Assembly: GCA_018901615.1 (NCBI GenBank)
Contig: JAHIEN010000083.1
Coordinates: 1-42,910, forward strand
From: Candidatus Omnitrophota bacterium
Lineage (GTDB): Bacteria > Omnitrophota > Gorgyraeia > Gorgyraeales > Gorgyraeaceae
DNA length: 42,910 nt
Direction: 5' to 3'
Part shown: positions 35,496 through 42,910 of the stretch, in pieces
How positions within the stretch are numbered: the first letter of the stretch is position 1
Layout: every line of letters begins with the position of its first letter
Position numbers and translations under genes: made by a program
The notes under the pieces: model-generated
Seen by the model: only the letters and a program-made list of their open reading frames with translations
What the model was told of the DNA's origin: nothing
The model's database searches: none

Positions 35496-38200
35496 AACCA
35501 GTTCTTCCCAAACTTTACACTCACCTCTACAGGTACGCGCAATTTTACAGCGCCTTCCATCTTTTCCTTGATCATTTTCGCCATTGATGCAAGTTCTTTC
35601 TCAGGGGCCTCAAACACAAGCTCATCATGCACCTGCAAAATCATCTTTGAGGAAACTTTTTTCTCCGCCATATCCTTGTGTATATTTATCATGGCTATCT
35701 TTATAAGGTCTGCGGCAGAGCCTTGTATTGGGGCGTTAATGGCTATCCTTTCAGCCTGCTGCTGTTCCTTTACGCTTCCGGTAATTATTTCAGGTATATA
35801 CCTGCGCCTGTTAAAGAGCGTTGTCACGTAACCCAGAGACCTGGCCTCTTCTATAGTATCTTCCATATATAACCTCACGCGAGAGTATCTTTCGAAATAA
35901 GAATCTATGAACTGCTGTGCGCTGGCAGGGTCGATAGAAAGGCTTCTTGAAAGCCCGAACGCGCTCATGCCATAGACTATGCCGAAGTTTACAGTCTTTG
36001 CGCTGGAGCGTTGTTCCGGCGTCACATCCTTCTCCTTGACGTCAAAAATCAAAGACGCTGTATGGGTGTGGACATCCAGGCCCTGCTCAAACGCCTTTAA
36101 CAGTTCTTCGTCTTTGGACAAATGCGCCAGTATCCTCAGCTCTATCTGCGAGTAATCCGCGGATATTATCAGGCTGCCTTTTTCTCCTATAAAGGCCTTT
36201 CGTATCTCTCTGCCCTGAGGCGTCTTTATAGGTATATTCTGCAGGTTAGGCTTGCTTGATGAAAGCCTGCCGGTAGCCGTTATGGTCTGATTGAATGATG
36301 TGTGCAGCCTGCCTGTCTTTTTGTTTACAAGCTCGGGCAGCGCGTCTATATAAGTCGACTTTAATTTTGACAACTCCCTGTACCTGAGAAGCTCTTTTGG
36401 CAGCGGATGGACAAAGGCCAGCCTTTCCAGGACGCCCACGTCTGTGGAAAACCCCGTCTTGGTCTTTTTTACAACAGGCAGGTTCAGTTTTTCAAAAAGT
36501 ATCTCGCTCAACTGCTTGGGAGAATTGATATTAAATTCAGCGCCCGCTATCTTATAGATATTTTTTACAATAGTCTCCAGCTCTTTATCCATATCCCTTG
36601 ACATGCCTTTTAACAATTTAACGTCCACCTTTATCCCTGAGGTTTCCATCTCTGAGAGCACATCCACTAAGGGCAGTTCTATTTCCCTGAAAAGCATGTC
36701 CAGCTCTTTTTCAAAAAGCTCTTTCTCGAGGATCTGCTTCAGCCTGAACGTAATATCGCTGTCTTCGCAGGAGTATTCTGAAATCCTGTCCAGCGGCACC
36801 TCGCTCATGTTTATGCGCTTTTTGCCGCTGCCCAAAAGCTCATCTATGGATATCATTTTATGGTCCAGCCTTTCAAACGCCAGGTCATCGAGATTGTGAT
36901 TGAATTTCGAAGGGTTTAATAAATAAGACGCTATCATCGTATCAAACTCTATGGCATTCAACCCTATGCCGCAATTTGACAGGATCAATTTCTCGTATTT
37001 TATATTCTGTCCTATTTTCTTTATTTTCTCATTCTCCATAATGCCCTTAAGCGCCTTAAAAACATAGCCTGGATCAACGCCCTGCCGAACCATAAGACCT
37101 GAGCCCTGAGCCTTACTGGCAAGCGCCACATAATACGCCTTCCCCGCTTCCCAGCAAAACGAGACGCCAACAGGCACCGCGACCAGAGGGTTTTCGCTTG
37201 TTGTCTCAAAATCAAACACAAACTCTTTTTGTTTTTTTAATTCGCTCAAAAAACCTTCAAAACCTTTTATGTCAACTATGGTCTTATAACACGCCCCGGA
37301 ACGCAAGCCGGGGCTGTCAGGGGCGGCTTCTTTCGCCAGTGTTTTAAAATCCAGGTCCTTAAAGATCCTGACCAATCTCTCCCGATCAGGATCTTTTAGG
37401 CGCATAGCGCTGAGTTCAACCTCAATAGGCACAGAGTCATCTACAGTAGCCAGTTCTTTTGACAGGCGCGCGATATCTTCCTGTTCCGCGAGCATCTTTC
37501 TCTTTGACTCGTTTTTTATCTTATCAATATTTTTATACAGGGTGTCTATATCCTTAAAATCCTTTATCAGCTCTATTGCCGTCTTCTCTCCTACGCCACG
37601 GACCCCGGGTATATTGTCGCTGACGTCGCCGGACAATGCCATAAGGTCTGTCATGTTCTCAGGCCCCAGGCCTGAAAACCTGTTTATCACAGCCTCTTTG
37701 TCGTACACAAGGCCTTCCTTATGGGTGCTGCAGACCTTTATATTATCATCCACGAGCTGCAGCGCATCTTTATCGCCTGTAACAATATAAACCTCTACGC
37801 CTTCTTTTGCTATTTTTCTGGCTACTGTCGCGAGTATATCATCTGCCTCAAACCCTTCTTTTTCAAATATAGCTATGTTATAGGCCGCGACTACTTCTTT
37901 TATCAAAGGCATCTGAGAAACAAGGTCATCAGGCATAGGCTTTCTTTTTATCTTATACGCGTTGAATCTCTTATGCCTGAAGGTCGGGCCTTTTAGATCA
38001 AAGGCAATGCCCATGTAATCCGGCTTTTCTGACGCGAGCAATTTTTTCAGCATCAGGATAAAACCATACACAGCGTTTGTCGGCTGGCCCTTGGAATTCC
38101 TCAGGTCTTTTATGGCATAATACGCCCTGTAGCAATAGGAATTCCCGTCTATTAAAAAAACCCTTTCTTTTTTCATGGTCTGTCCGGGGCTAGCGATCAT
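35477..38200 (-). CDS. polA: DNA polymerase I
   Basis: 907 aa with a 5'-nuclease N-terminus (LIDGNSYCYRAYYA) and polymerase motifs DYSQIELR and QVHDELVFE. The alternative start ATG at 38176 (MKKERVFLIDG) is equally plausible. Confidence 0.95.
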   Translation of the reverse strand: MIASPGQTMKKERVFLIDGNSYCYRAYYAIKDLRNSKGQPTNAVYGFILMLKKLLASEKPDYMGIAFDLKGPTFRHKRFNAYKIKRKPMPDDLVSQMPLIKEVVAAYNIAIFEKEGFEADDILATVARKIAKEGVEVYIVTGDKDALQLVDDNIKVCSTHKEGLVYDKEAVINRFSGLGPENMTDLMALSGDVSDNIPGVRGVGEKTAIELIKDFKDIDTLYKNIDKIKNESKRKMLAEQEDIARLSKELATVDDSVPIEVELSAMRLKDPDRERLVRIFKDLDFKTLAKEAAPDSPGLRSGACYKTIVDIKGFEGFLSELKKQKEFVFDFETTSENPLVAVPVGVSFCWEAGKAYYVALASKAQGSGLMVRQGVDPGYVFKALKGIMENEKIKKIGQNIKYEKLILSNCGIGLNAIEFDTMIASYLLNPSKFNHNLDDLAFERLDHKMISIDELLGSGKKRINMSEVPLDRISEYSCEDSDITFRLKQILEKELFEKELDMLFREIELPLVDVLSEMETSGIKVDVKLLKGMSRDMDKELETIVKNIYKIAGAEFNINSPKQLSEILFEKLNLPVVKKTKTGFSTDVGVLERLAFVHPLPKELLRYRELSKLKSTYIDALPELVNKKTGRLHTSFNQTITATGRLSSSKPNLQNIPIKTPQGREIRKAFIGEKGSLIISADYSQIELRILAHLSKDEELLKAFEQGLDVHTHTASLIFDVKEKDVTPEQRSSAKTVNFGIVYGMSAFGLSRSLSIDPASAQQFIDSYFERYSRVRLYMEDTIEEARSLGYVTTLFNRRRYIPEIITGSVKEQQQAERIAINAPIQGSAADLIKIAMINIHKDMAEKKVSSKMILQVHDELVFEAPEKELASMAKMIKEKMEGAVKLRVPVEVSVKFGKNWLEMFEV

Positions 38201-38275
38201 CTGAAATTTTTACGATGTTTTCTAAGGGGGTACATGGCGTCTTCAGGAATATTTGTAAAAAATTGGAAGGGAAAA

Positions 38276-39328
38276 TTATTCTGGCAATATATTTAATATT
38301 GCTTCAAATTCTTTCCTCGCGCCTGAAAAATTATTTTCGCGGTAGCGCATAAGGCCTTCGTCGTAAAGATCCTTAATCCTTTCCTCCTTCATCTTTTTTT
38401 TCACGGATTCTTCCAGGCTAAGCAAGCTTGCGTCATCCGGATACTCTCTCTTCGCGGATCTTATTACGTCAAGCGCTCTGGAGTATTCTCCTTTTGCAAA
38501 ATAACTATTCGCGTTAACATAATAACTCTTGGCGCTGGGACCTGATTCAGGCTCTTTTGTGATAGGTTTTTTGTTTTCTGTCACCACCGCAGGGGTCTTT
38601 TTGCCTCTTTCCCGGCTAAGCCTCTCTTCCGCCAGCCTGAGTGATTCCTGTAGTTCTCTGTCCAGGCTTGACTTTTTTGAACTCACCGCCTGCTTTCGTC
38701 TTTCTGTTGTTTTTTTAAGCCCTGTCTTTCTGGGATCCTCATCCTTTGAACCAAGTAATGTCCATTCATCAGATGCATCCTTTGTCTTTTTTATCCCGAC
38801 AGGCTTCTTTGTCTTTTTCTTCCGATCTCTGACAGCAGGCCGCTTTTTAGAGACAGCTTGTTTTTCGAGCAGCCCAAGCTTTACAAGTCTCTGCTCGGCC
38901 TCTTGTGTCCACGGATCTTGTGGACTGCCGAGCTTATAGCGCCTCATCCAGTGAAAGGCCGCCTTTTCAAGTTCGCCTTTTCTCTCGTAAAGAAGCGCCA
39001 GGTTGGTATGCGCGTTTGCGTAATTACCGTCTATTGCCACTGCCTTCTGGTATTCAGTCTCTGCGCGGTCAAGCCAGCCCTTTGCTTCAAAAAGAATACC
39101 AAGGTCATTGTGTGGGGCAGCGTAGTTTGGATCAAGGCTCGCTGACTTCTGATACCATGAGATAGCCTCGTCTATCTCCCCTACCTGCTGGGCATTGTAG
39201 CCTTGCACGCGGTATGATTCAGCGTCGCCTTTAATCTCTCCCGCGTATATATATTTAGTATTTATTACATAGATAAGGGCTATGAAAATAAGGGTGCTTA
39301 TGGAACACCGCGAAAAATGTTTTTGCAT
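38276..39328 (-). CDS. Exported or membrane-anchored TPR-repeat protein with a Lys/Arg-rich central linker
   Basis: The N-terminal hydrophobic segment STLIFIALIYVINT is followed by about three TPRs (AISWYQKSASLDPNYAAPHNDLG...). The ORF opens at ATG 39340. I prefer ATG 39328 because the GGAG in ATGGAGTCATTAATG lies 6 nt upstream of it. Confidence 0.8.
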   Translation of the reverse strand: MQKHFSRCSISTLIFIALIYVINTKYIYAGEIKGDAESYRVQGYNAQQVGEIDEAISWYQKSASLDPNYAAPHNDLGILFEAKGWLDRAETEYQKAVAIDGNYANAHTNLALLYERKGELEKAAFHWMRRYKLGSPQDPWTQEAEQRLVKLGLLEKQAVSKKRPAVRDRKKKTKKPVGIKKTKDASDEWTLLGSKDEDPRKTGLKKTTERRKQAVSSKKSSLDRELQESLRLAEERLSRERGKKTPAVVTENKKPITKEPESGPSAKSYYVNANSYFAKGEYSRALDVIRSAKREYPDDASLLSLEESVKKKMKEERIKDLYDEGLMRYRENNFSGARKEFEAILNILPE

Positions 39329-39348
39329 TAATGACTCCATTTTTCACA

Positions 39349-39377
39349 AGTGTATCATATTAAGCTTTTTGCGTCAA
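39349..39377 (-). promoter_or_regulatory. Sigma70-type promoter with extended -10, upstream of the TPR gene
   Basis: The minus strand reads TTGACG (39377..39372), a 17-nt spacer ending in TGa, then TACACT (39354..39349). The -10 element ends only 8 nt before the first ATG (39340). This implies a very short leader. Confidence 0.5.
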
Positions 39378-39387
39378 GAAAAATCTG

Positions 39388-40962
39388 CTATTTTGAGTAA
39401 AGATGAGGCTGGTTAGAAAAATGCCCTCCTGTCAGGGCATCCAAATCCGCCGTAAGCTCAGCTATTCTAAGCTGTCTTTCCATCCTTTCTTTTAATCCCG
39501 AAGGCGGAGAAATTAGCGTCTCTATCTGAAGTCTCCTGCGCTCAAAATAAGTCCTGGTTACCTCATCCAGGATATCGTCTCGCAGCTGCACCATTAAGCG
39601 ACTGCGCGTATCTATTGATGTCTGGTCGTTATTCCAGATGAGTTCGCCCAGGTCCCAGGACATTGTAACATCCCAGCTTATGGCATCGTCGCCTTTTTGC
39701 AATACATCAGGATTCTGACCTGCGTCCCAGTGCCAGTAATCGGTGACATATCTATCCACGCCTACAGATACATCCGGCAGTAATGCCTTTTTACCTGCGG
39801 CAGAACGCCACTGCTTAATCTTATCAGGATGAACCTCGGCGTATTCGATAGCAGCTTCTTGCACTTCTCTGATGCTTGGTTCGTGCGCGAATAATCTTAG
39901 AATATCTTTTTCCTGCTCAGCGCCATCCCTCGACTTCGCTCGGGACAGGTAAGATGGCGCAGCTACGCTACCATCCATAATTGTAGTTGCAGCGCCTTGC
40001 ACTGCCAACAAACGACCTTTCGTAGATCTATACAACCCCTTATCCGTCGCAGCCCAAATCCTATTTTTATTATCCGCTGCTATAGAACTTGTCCTGCTCG
40101 CGTCCATCCCCTTGTATAATGCCTGCCATATCTCATCTTTATCATTAAAAATAAAGACTCCGCTATCGGTAGCTGCATAGAGATTGTCTTTAAATAAAAT
40201 ACGGTTTATCTTCTCTGAACCAAGCCCTGCGGATGTAAAGTTCTGCCACGATTCTCCTTTATCATCGCTCGTAAATATGCCTGAATCTGTCGCAAGGAAT
40301 ATCTTTTTATCTTTCACATATATACTATTGACTAGTTTCGATGCAGTGGCCGCCTCATTTATTACGTCAGCATCGTATTCGGTTTCCTCGGAAGAAGTGA
40401 TAAATACTCTTTTCCAATCAGGGCCTGAACTTTTATATACGCCTTTTTCTGTCGCTAAAAATACATTGCCTTCTAAAGACGCGATCCATTTTATATTTAT
40501 ATTTCCCGCTTCGCCTTGCTCTTTCTGCCATGTAGCTCCATTGTCGCTGCTGAGGAAAAGCCCGCCTCCTGTGCCAAGGTAGATTTTATTATTATCAAAT
40601 GCGATATGCTGTGTACTGCTTGCCTCTGTGCCAATTCCTTTAAAGATCCTTTTCCAGCTGGTTTTACCGTCAATGCTTTTAAAGAGCCCCTTATCCGTGC
40701 AGATAAAAACAGCGCCCCTGAAGACCTGTATGAAATTAATGGTTCCATATTCGCCTCTTGCAAGAAAAACAACATTCCATGTCTCGCCATCGTCCTCGCT
40801 CCTATACAGCCTATTTTCAGAAGACATGCAAATATCATCTCCTTTGACAGCAACTTCTCTGATGTCAGATTCGCTGATTCCCGGAATCGGTTCCCATATT
40901 TCATCAGCGCACGCCGCGGAAACAAAAACGCAGCAGGCCATTAAAAAGATAAAATACCTCAC
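39388..40962 (-). CDS. Exported BNR/Asp-box beta-propeller-like protein with an unassigned C-terminal domain of about 190 aa
   Basis: 524 aa with a GTG start 6 nt after GGAGGAGG and a signal peptide (FIFLMACCVFVSAACA/DE). Asp-box repeats are SEDDGETW, SIDGKTSW, SSDNGATW and SDDKGESW. Confidence 0.8.
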   Translation of the reverse strand: MRYFIFLMACCVFVSAACADEIWEPIPGISESDIREVAVKGDDICMSSENRLYRSEDDGETWNVVFLARGEYGTINFIQVFRGAVFICTDKGLFKSIDGKTSWKRIFKGIGTEASSTQHIAFDNNKIYLGTGGGLFLSSDNGATWQKEQGEAGNINIKWIASLEGNVFLATEKGVYKSSGPDWKRVFITSSEETEYDADVINEAATASKLVNSIYVKDKKIFLATDSGIFTSDDKGESWQNFTSAGLGSEKINRILFKDNLYAATDSGVFIFNDKDEIWQALYKGMDASRTSSIAADNKNRIWAATDKGLYRSTKGRLLAVQGAATTIMDGSVAAPSYLSRAKSRDGAEQEKDILRLFAHEPSIREVQEAAIEYAEVHPDKIKQWRSAAGKKALLPDVSVGVDRYVTDYWHWDAGQNPDVLQKGDDAISWDVTMSWDLGELIWNNDQTSIDTRSRLMVQLRDDILDEVTRTYFERRRLQIETLISPPSGLKERMERQLRIAELTADLDALTGGHFSNQPHLYSK

Positions 40963-41141
40963 AGAACACCTCCTCCCTTCTATTAATAATAGACATGCAA
41001 GGCCTTTTTTCTTCCAGATTTTTCTCAGGAAATAAAATTTTAGGCGTGGTTAACAAGATACAGCCAGTTTACTACCGGAACTAGGTATGGTTCAATAGAC
41101 TGCCGGACAGGAAATCATGACTGGAGGCAAACCCTTAAAGG

Positions 41142-41282
41142 GGGACGTCTTACTGCGATGCAACACCTTTTAAATCATAGAGTTAAGAACCTTATGATTC
41201 CAGTATTAAAATATTAAAATTTGGAATCGTTATGCTTATAACTTATTTTAAATATTCATGTTACAAACCAGTAAGACGTCCC
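41142..41282. repeat. AT-rich segment bounded by 14-bp perfect inverted repeats
   Basis: GGGACGTCTTACTG (41142-41155) pairs with CAGTAAGACGTCCC (41269-41282). It is flanked at a distance by an 18-nt direct repeat, AGGAAATCATGACTGGAG (41109-41126) and AGGAAATTGTGACTGGAG (41333-41350). Confidence 0.7.
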
Positions 41283-41368
41283 TCTTATCCCCATATTTTT
41301 ACAGGGGTACTACGAGCAAGGGAAAATGGGGTAGGAAATTGTGACTGGAGAAGATGTTGAAAAGGGGA

Positions 41369-42253
41369 TTATAAATTTTTCTGTAGGCCCTTCTGATTAT
41401 CTAAGAGAATATCCTTGGTTAAGGTAGGCTGCGATTGGTCAGGATTCTCAAAAAGCATCATAGTGACTGTATCTTGTTCACTAACAATGTGTTCTTTCTG
41501 CATAGTAAGATTATAAGGTTTAAATAATTGCTCATATTCTTCACGTCTTCTAAAAATTGTATATTTACTACGAGGGGGACCTTTGTCTTGATAAGTTTGC
41601 TCAACTATAAAAACCCTATCACTTAACTCTTTCATTTTCTCAATGGTCTGTTTTAATTCCTCTGGATTAATAATGTGGATTAATACTAAGGAACTAAAAA
41701 CCAAATCAAAAGACTTTGGAGATAGACCCAATTCAGTAATTTTTCCTACATGTAATGAAACATTATCGAATCCCTTCAAATTTTTTGTAGCTCTTTGAAT
41801 CATGTTTGGAGAAATATCATTTCCAATAATCTCTTTTGCTCGCTTTGCAATTTCTGAAGTCATTCGACCTATACCAACTCCAACTTCAAATACTCGCTTA
41901 CCTTCCAGTGTACCCTCTAAGATTCCAAATATATCCTCTTGAAGCTTCCTTGTGTTTTCTATATTCTGTTCCGTAGAGTACCTTGTTGACAAAACTGCGT
42001 TGATGCCTGAACGAGAGGCTCTTATTTTATCCCACTGCTCAAAAATTTCCTCCTCTAAAATTTTCTCTTTATCTTTACGACTTAAAAATTCATTTGCATC
42101 ATCAGTCCTTTCTATGCCTTGCTGTCGTTTACTCTCATCAAACATTAAATTAGCTCTGAGAGTGGGAGTAGCATAAGCTATAGTATGCACAAATAGGCAC
42201 ACGCTTACACAGATAGATACAATCTTGAATAATCCTTTTTCAATCTTCCTCAT
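41369..42253 (-). CDS. Class I SAM-dependent methyltransferase with an N-terminal signal peptide or membrane anchor
   Basis: 294 aa with the N-terminus MRKIEKGLFKIVSICVSVCLFVHTIAYA/TP and motif I VFEVGVGIGRMT, followed by DISPNM and VFSSLVLIH. The coding sequence is visibly AT-richer than most of the window. Confidence 0.8.
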   Translation of the reverse strand: MRKIEKGLFKIVSICVSVCLFVHTIAYATPTLRANLMFDESKRQQGIERTDDANEFLSRKDKEKILEEEIFEQWDKIRASRSGINAVLSTRYSTEQNIENTRKLQEDIFGILEGTLEGKRVFEVGVGIGRMTSEIAKRAKEIIGNDISPNMIQRATKNLKGFDNVSLHVGKITELGLSPKSFDLVFSSLVLIHIINPEELKQTIEKMKELSDRVFIVEQTYQDKGPPRSKYTIFRRREEYEQLFKPYNLTMQKEHIVSEQDTVTMMLFENPDQSQPTLTKDILLDNQKGLQKNL

Positions 42254-42287
42254 AATCCACCCAAAAAATAGCCTTACTGTCTCTAGT

Positions 42288-42910
42288 CTATAAAGCTGTT
42301 CTAGTTGCGTTACGGAACATGTTTAGTTCAAGCGCCTCTTTCTCTCTTCTAAGGATTCCAAGAAAGATTTCAATAAACGTTTTCGCTTGGCTGTCTTGAG
42401 AAACTTTAAAAGCTTTTTTTACTGTTTCAATGGCTTCATCTAAATACTTTATTGCTTTTTTTGGATCAGTATCTTTTTCTATCATGGCAAGACTACGTAA
42501 GACAATACCCCGGTTATTAAAGGCGTATGCATAATCCGGATTAATTGTTGTGGCTTTTTCATATTTTGCGTGTGCCTCTTCTAAATACTTTATTACTTTT
42601 TCCGGATTAGTATCTTTTTCTATCATAGCGAGGCTACATAAGGTATTGCCCCAGTTATTAAAGACTTTTGCATAATCCGGATTAATTGTTGTGGCTTTTT
42701 CATATTTTGCGCATGCCTCTTCTAAATACTTTATTGCTTCTTTCGGATTAGTATCTTTTTCTATCATGGCAAGATCGTTTAAACTAGTGCCCCAGTTATA
42801 AAAGGCTTTTGCATAATCCGGATTAATTGTTGTGGCTTTTTCATATTTTGCGTGTGCCTCTTCTAAATACTTTATTACTTTTTCCGGATTAGTATCTTTT
42901 TCTATCATAG
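42288..42910 (-). CDS. TPR-like repeat protein, C-terminal part (the N-terminus lies beyond the right edge)
   Basis: Three complete 47-aa units (MIEKDTNPEKVIKYLEEAHAKYEKATTINPDYAKAFYNWGTSLNDLA) plus a degenerate fourth. The reading frame is still open at the window edge. Confidence 0.8.
   Translation of the reverse strand, partial: MIEKDTNPEKVIKYLEEAHAKYEKATTINPDYAKAFYNWGTSLNDLAMIEKDTNPKEAIKYLEEACAKYEKATTINPDYAKVFNNWGNTLCSLAMIEKDTNPEKVIKYLEEAHAKYEKATTINPDYAYAFNNRGIVLRSLAMIEKDTDPKKAIKYLDEAIETVKKAFKVSQDSQAKTFIEIFLGILRREKEALELNMFRNATRTAL
42486..42910. repeat. 141-bp tandem DNA repeat (3 full units in the window, continuing past the edge)
   Basis: The units begin at offsets of exactly 141 nt: ATAATCCGG at 42531, 42672 and 42813. 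The first and third units are identical over about 100 bp. The middle unit differs at a handful of positions. Confidence 0.9.

Noticed and set aside
41109-41350. GTGACTGG / ATGACTGGAGG strings resembling the 5' part of a ZTP (pfl) riboswitch, which would be tempting given the folate genes in the window.
   Set aside because: I could not find the rest of the pfl consensus (pseudoknot partner CCGCCTGGGC). The orientation has no downstream gene on that strand, and the folate genes are 14 kb away.
42486-42910. Regularly spaced repeats here, and the 30-bp duplication in der, considered as possible CRISPR arrays.
   Set aside because: The repeats are contiguous with no unique spacers and lie in frame inside coding sequence. 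No cas genes are present.
1-42910. Search for tRNA, rRNA, tmRNA, RNase P or SRP RNA genes in the intergenic regions.
   Set aside because: No T-loop (GGTTCGAATCC-like) plus acceptor-stem arrangement was seen, and no conserved RNase P, SRP or tmRNA core strings. All spacers are accounted for by hairpins, repeats or promoters. A covariance-model scan is still advisable.

Overview
This 42.9-kb bacterial chromosomal window contains 39 convincing CDS, and all of them lie on the minus strand. I found no rRNA, tRNA, CRISPR array, transposase or integrase.

Gene content, in minus-strand transcription order (high to low coordinates):
- 42.9-38.3 kb: a partial TPR-like gene built from 141-bp tandem repeats, a signal-peptide SAM methyltransferase, a BNR/Asp-box propeller protein and a TPR protein.
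- 38.2-27.7 kb: housekeeping genes polA, coaE, rho, rpmE, prfA, prmC, murA, rpsP, trmD, rplS, rnhB and yraN.
- 27.6-14.8 kb: a ten-gene Wood-Ljungdahl block, fhs-fchA-folD-metF-cooC-cooS-cooF-FAD oxidoreductase-acsB-acsC.
- 14.7-10.2 kb: pgsA, der, plsY and dinG.
- 10.1-5.6 kb: three consecutive genes for signal-peptide proteins with no standard annotation.
- 5.4-0 kb: trpB-trpA, a mannose-1-P guanylyltransferase, ruvX, an M16 peptidase and the 5' part of rpe.

Most interesting observations:
1. The exported three-gene module. It has its own near-consensus promoters. One member looks like a GlpX-type (class II FBPase fold) phosphatase with its metal-ligand motifs intact, and one looks like a Tiki/ChaN-superfamily protein.
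2. A structured intergenic element of about 145-180 nt that occurs twice inside the Wood-Ljungdahl operon. Each copy ends exactly at the translation-initiation region of acsC or cooF.
3. The Wood-Ljungdahl cluster lacks acsD and acsE, and it has a cooF/FAD-oxidoreductase pair between the CODH and ACS genes.
4. Several families of palindromic, MITE/REP-like repeats. One of them supplies the C-terminal tail of TrpA.
5. An AT-richer right end that begins at an odd 406-bp non-coding spacer.

All family assignments come from motif recognition by eye. None has been confirmed by a search.
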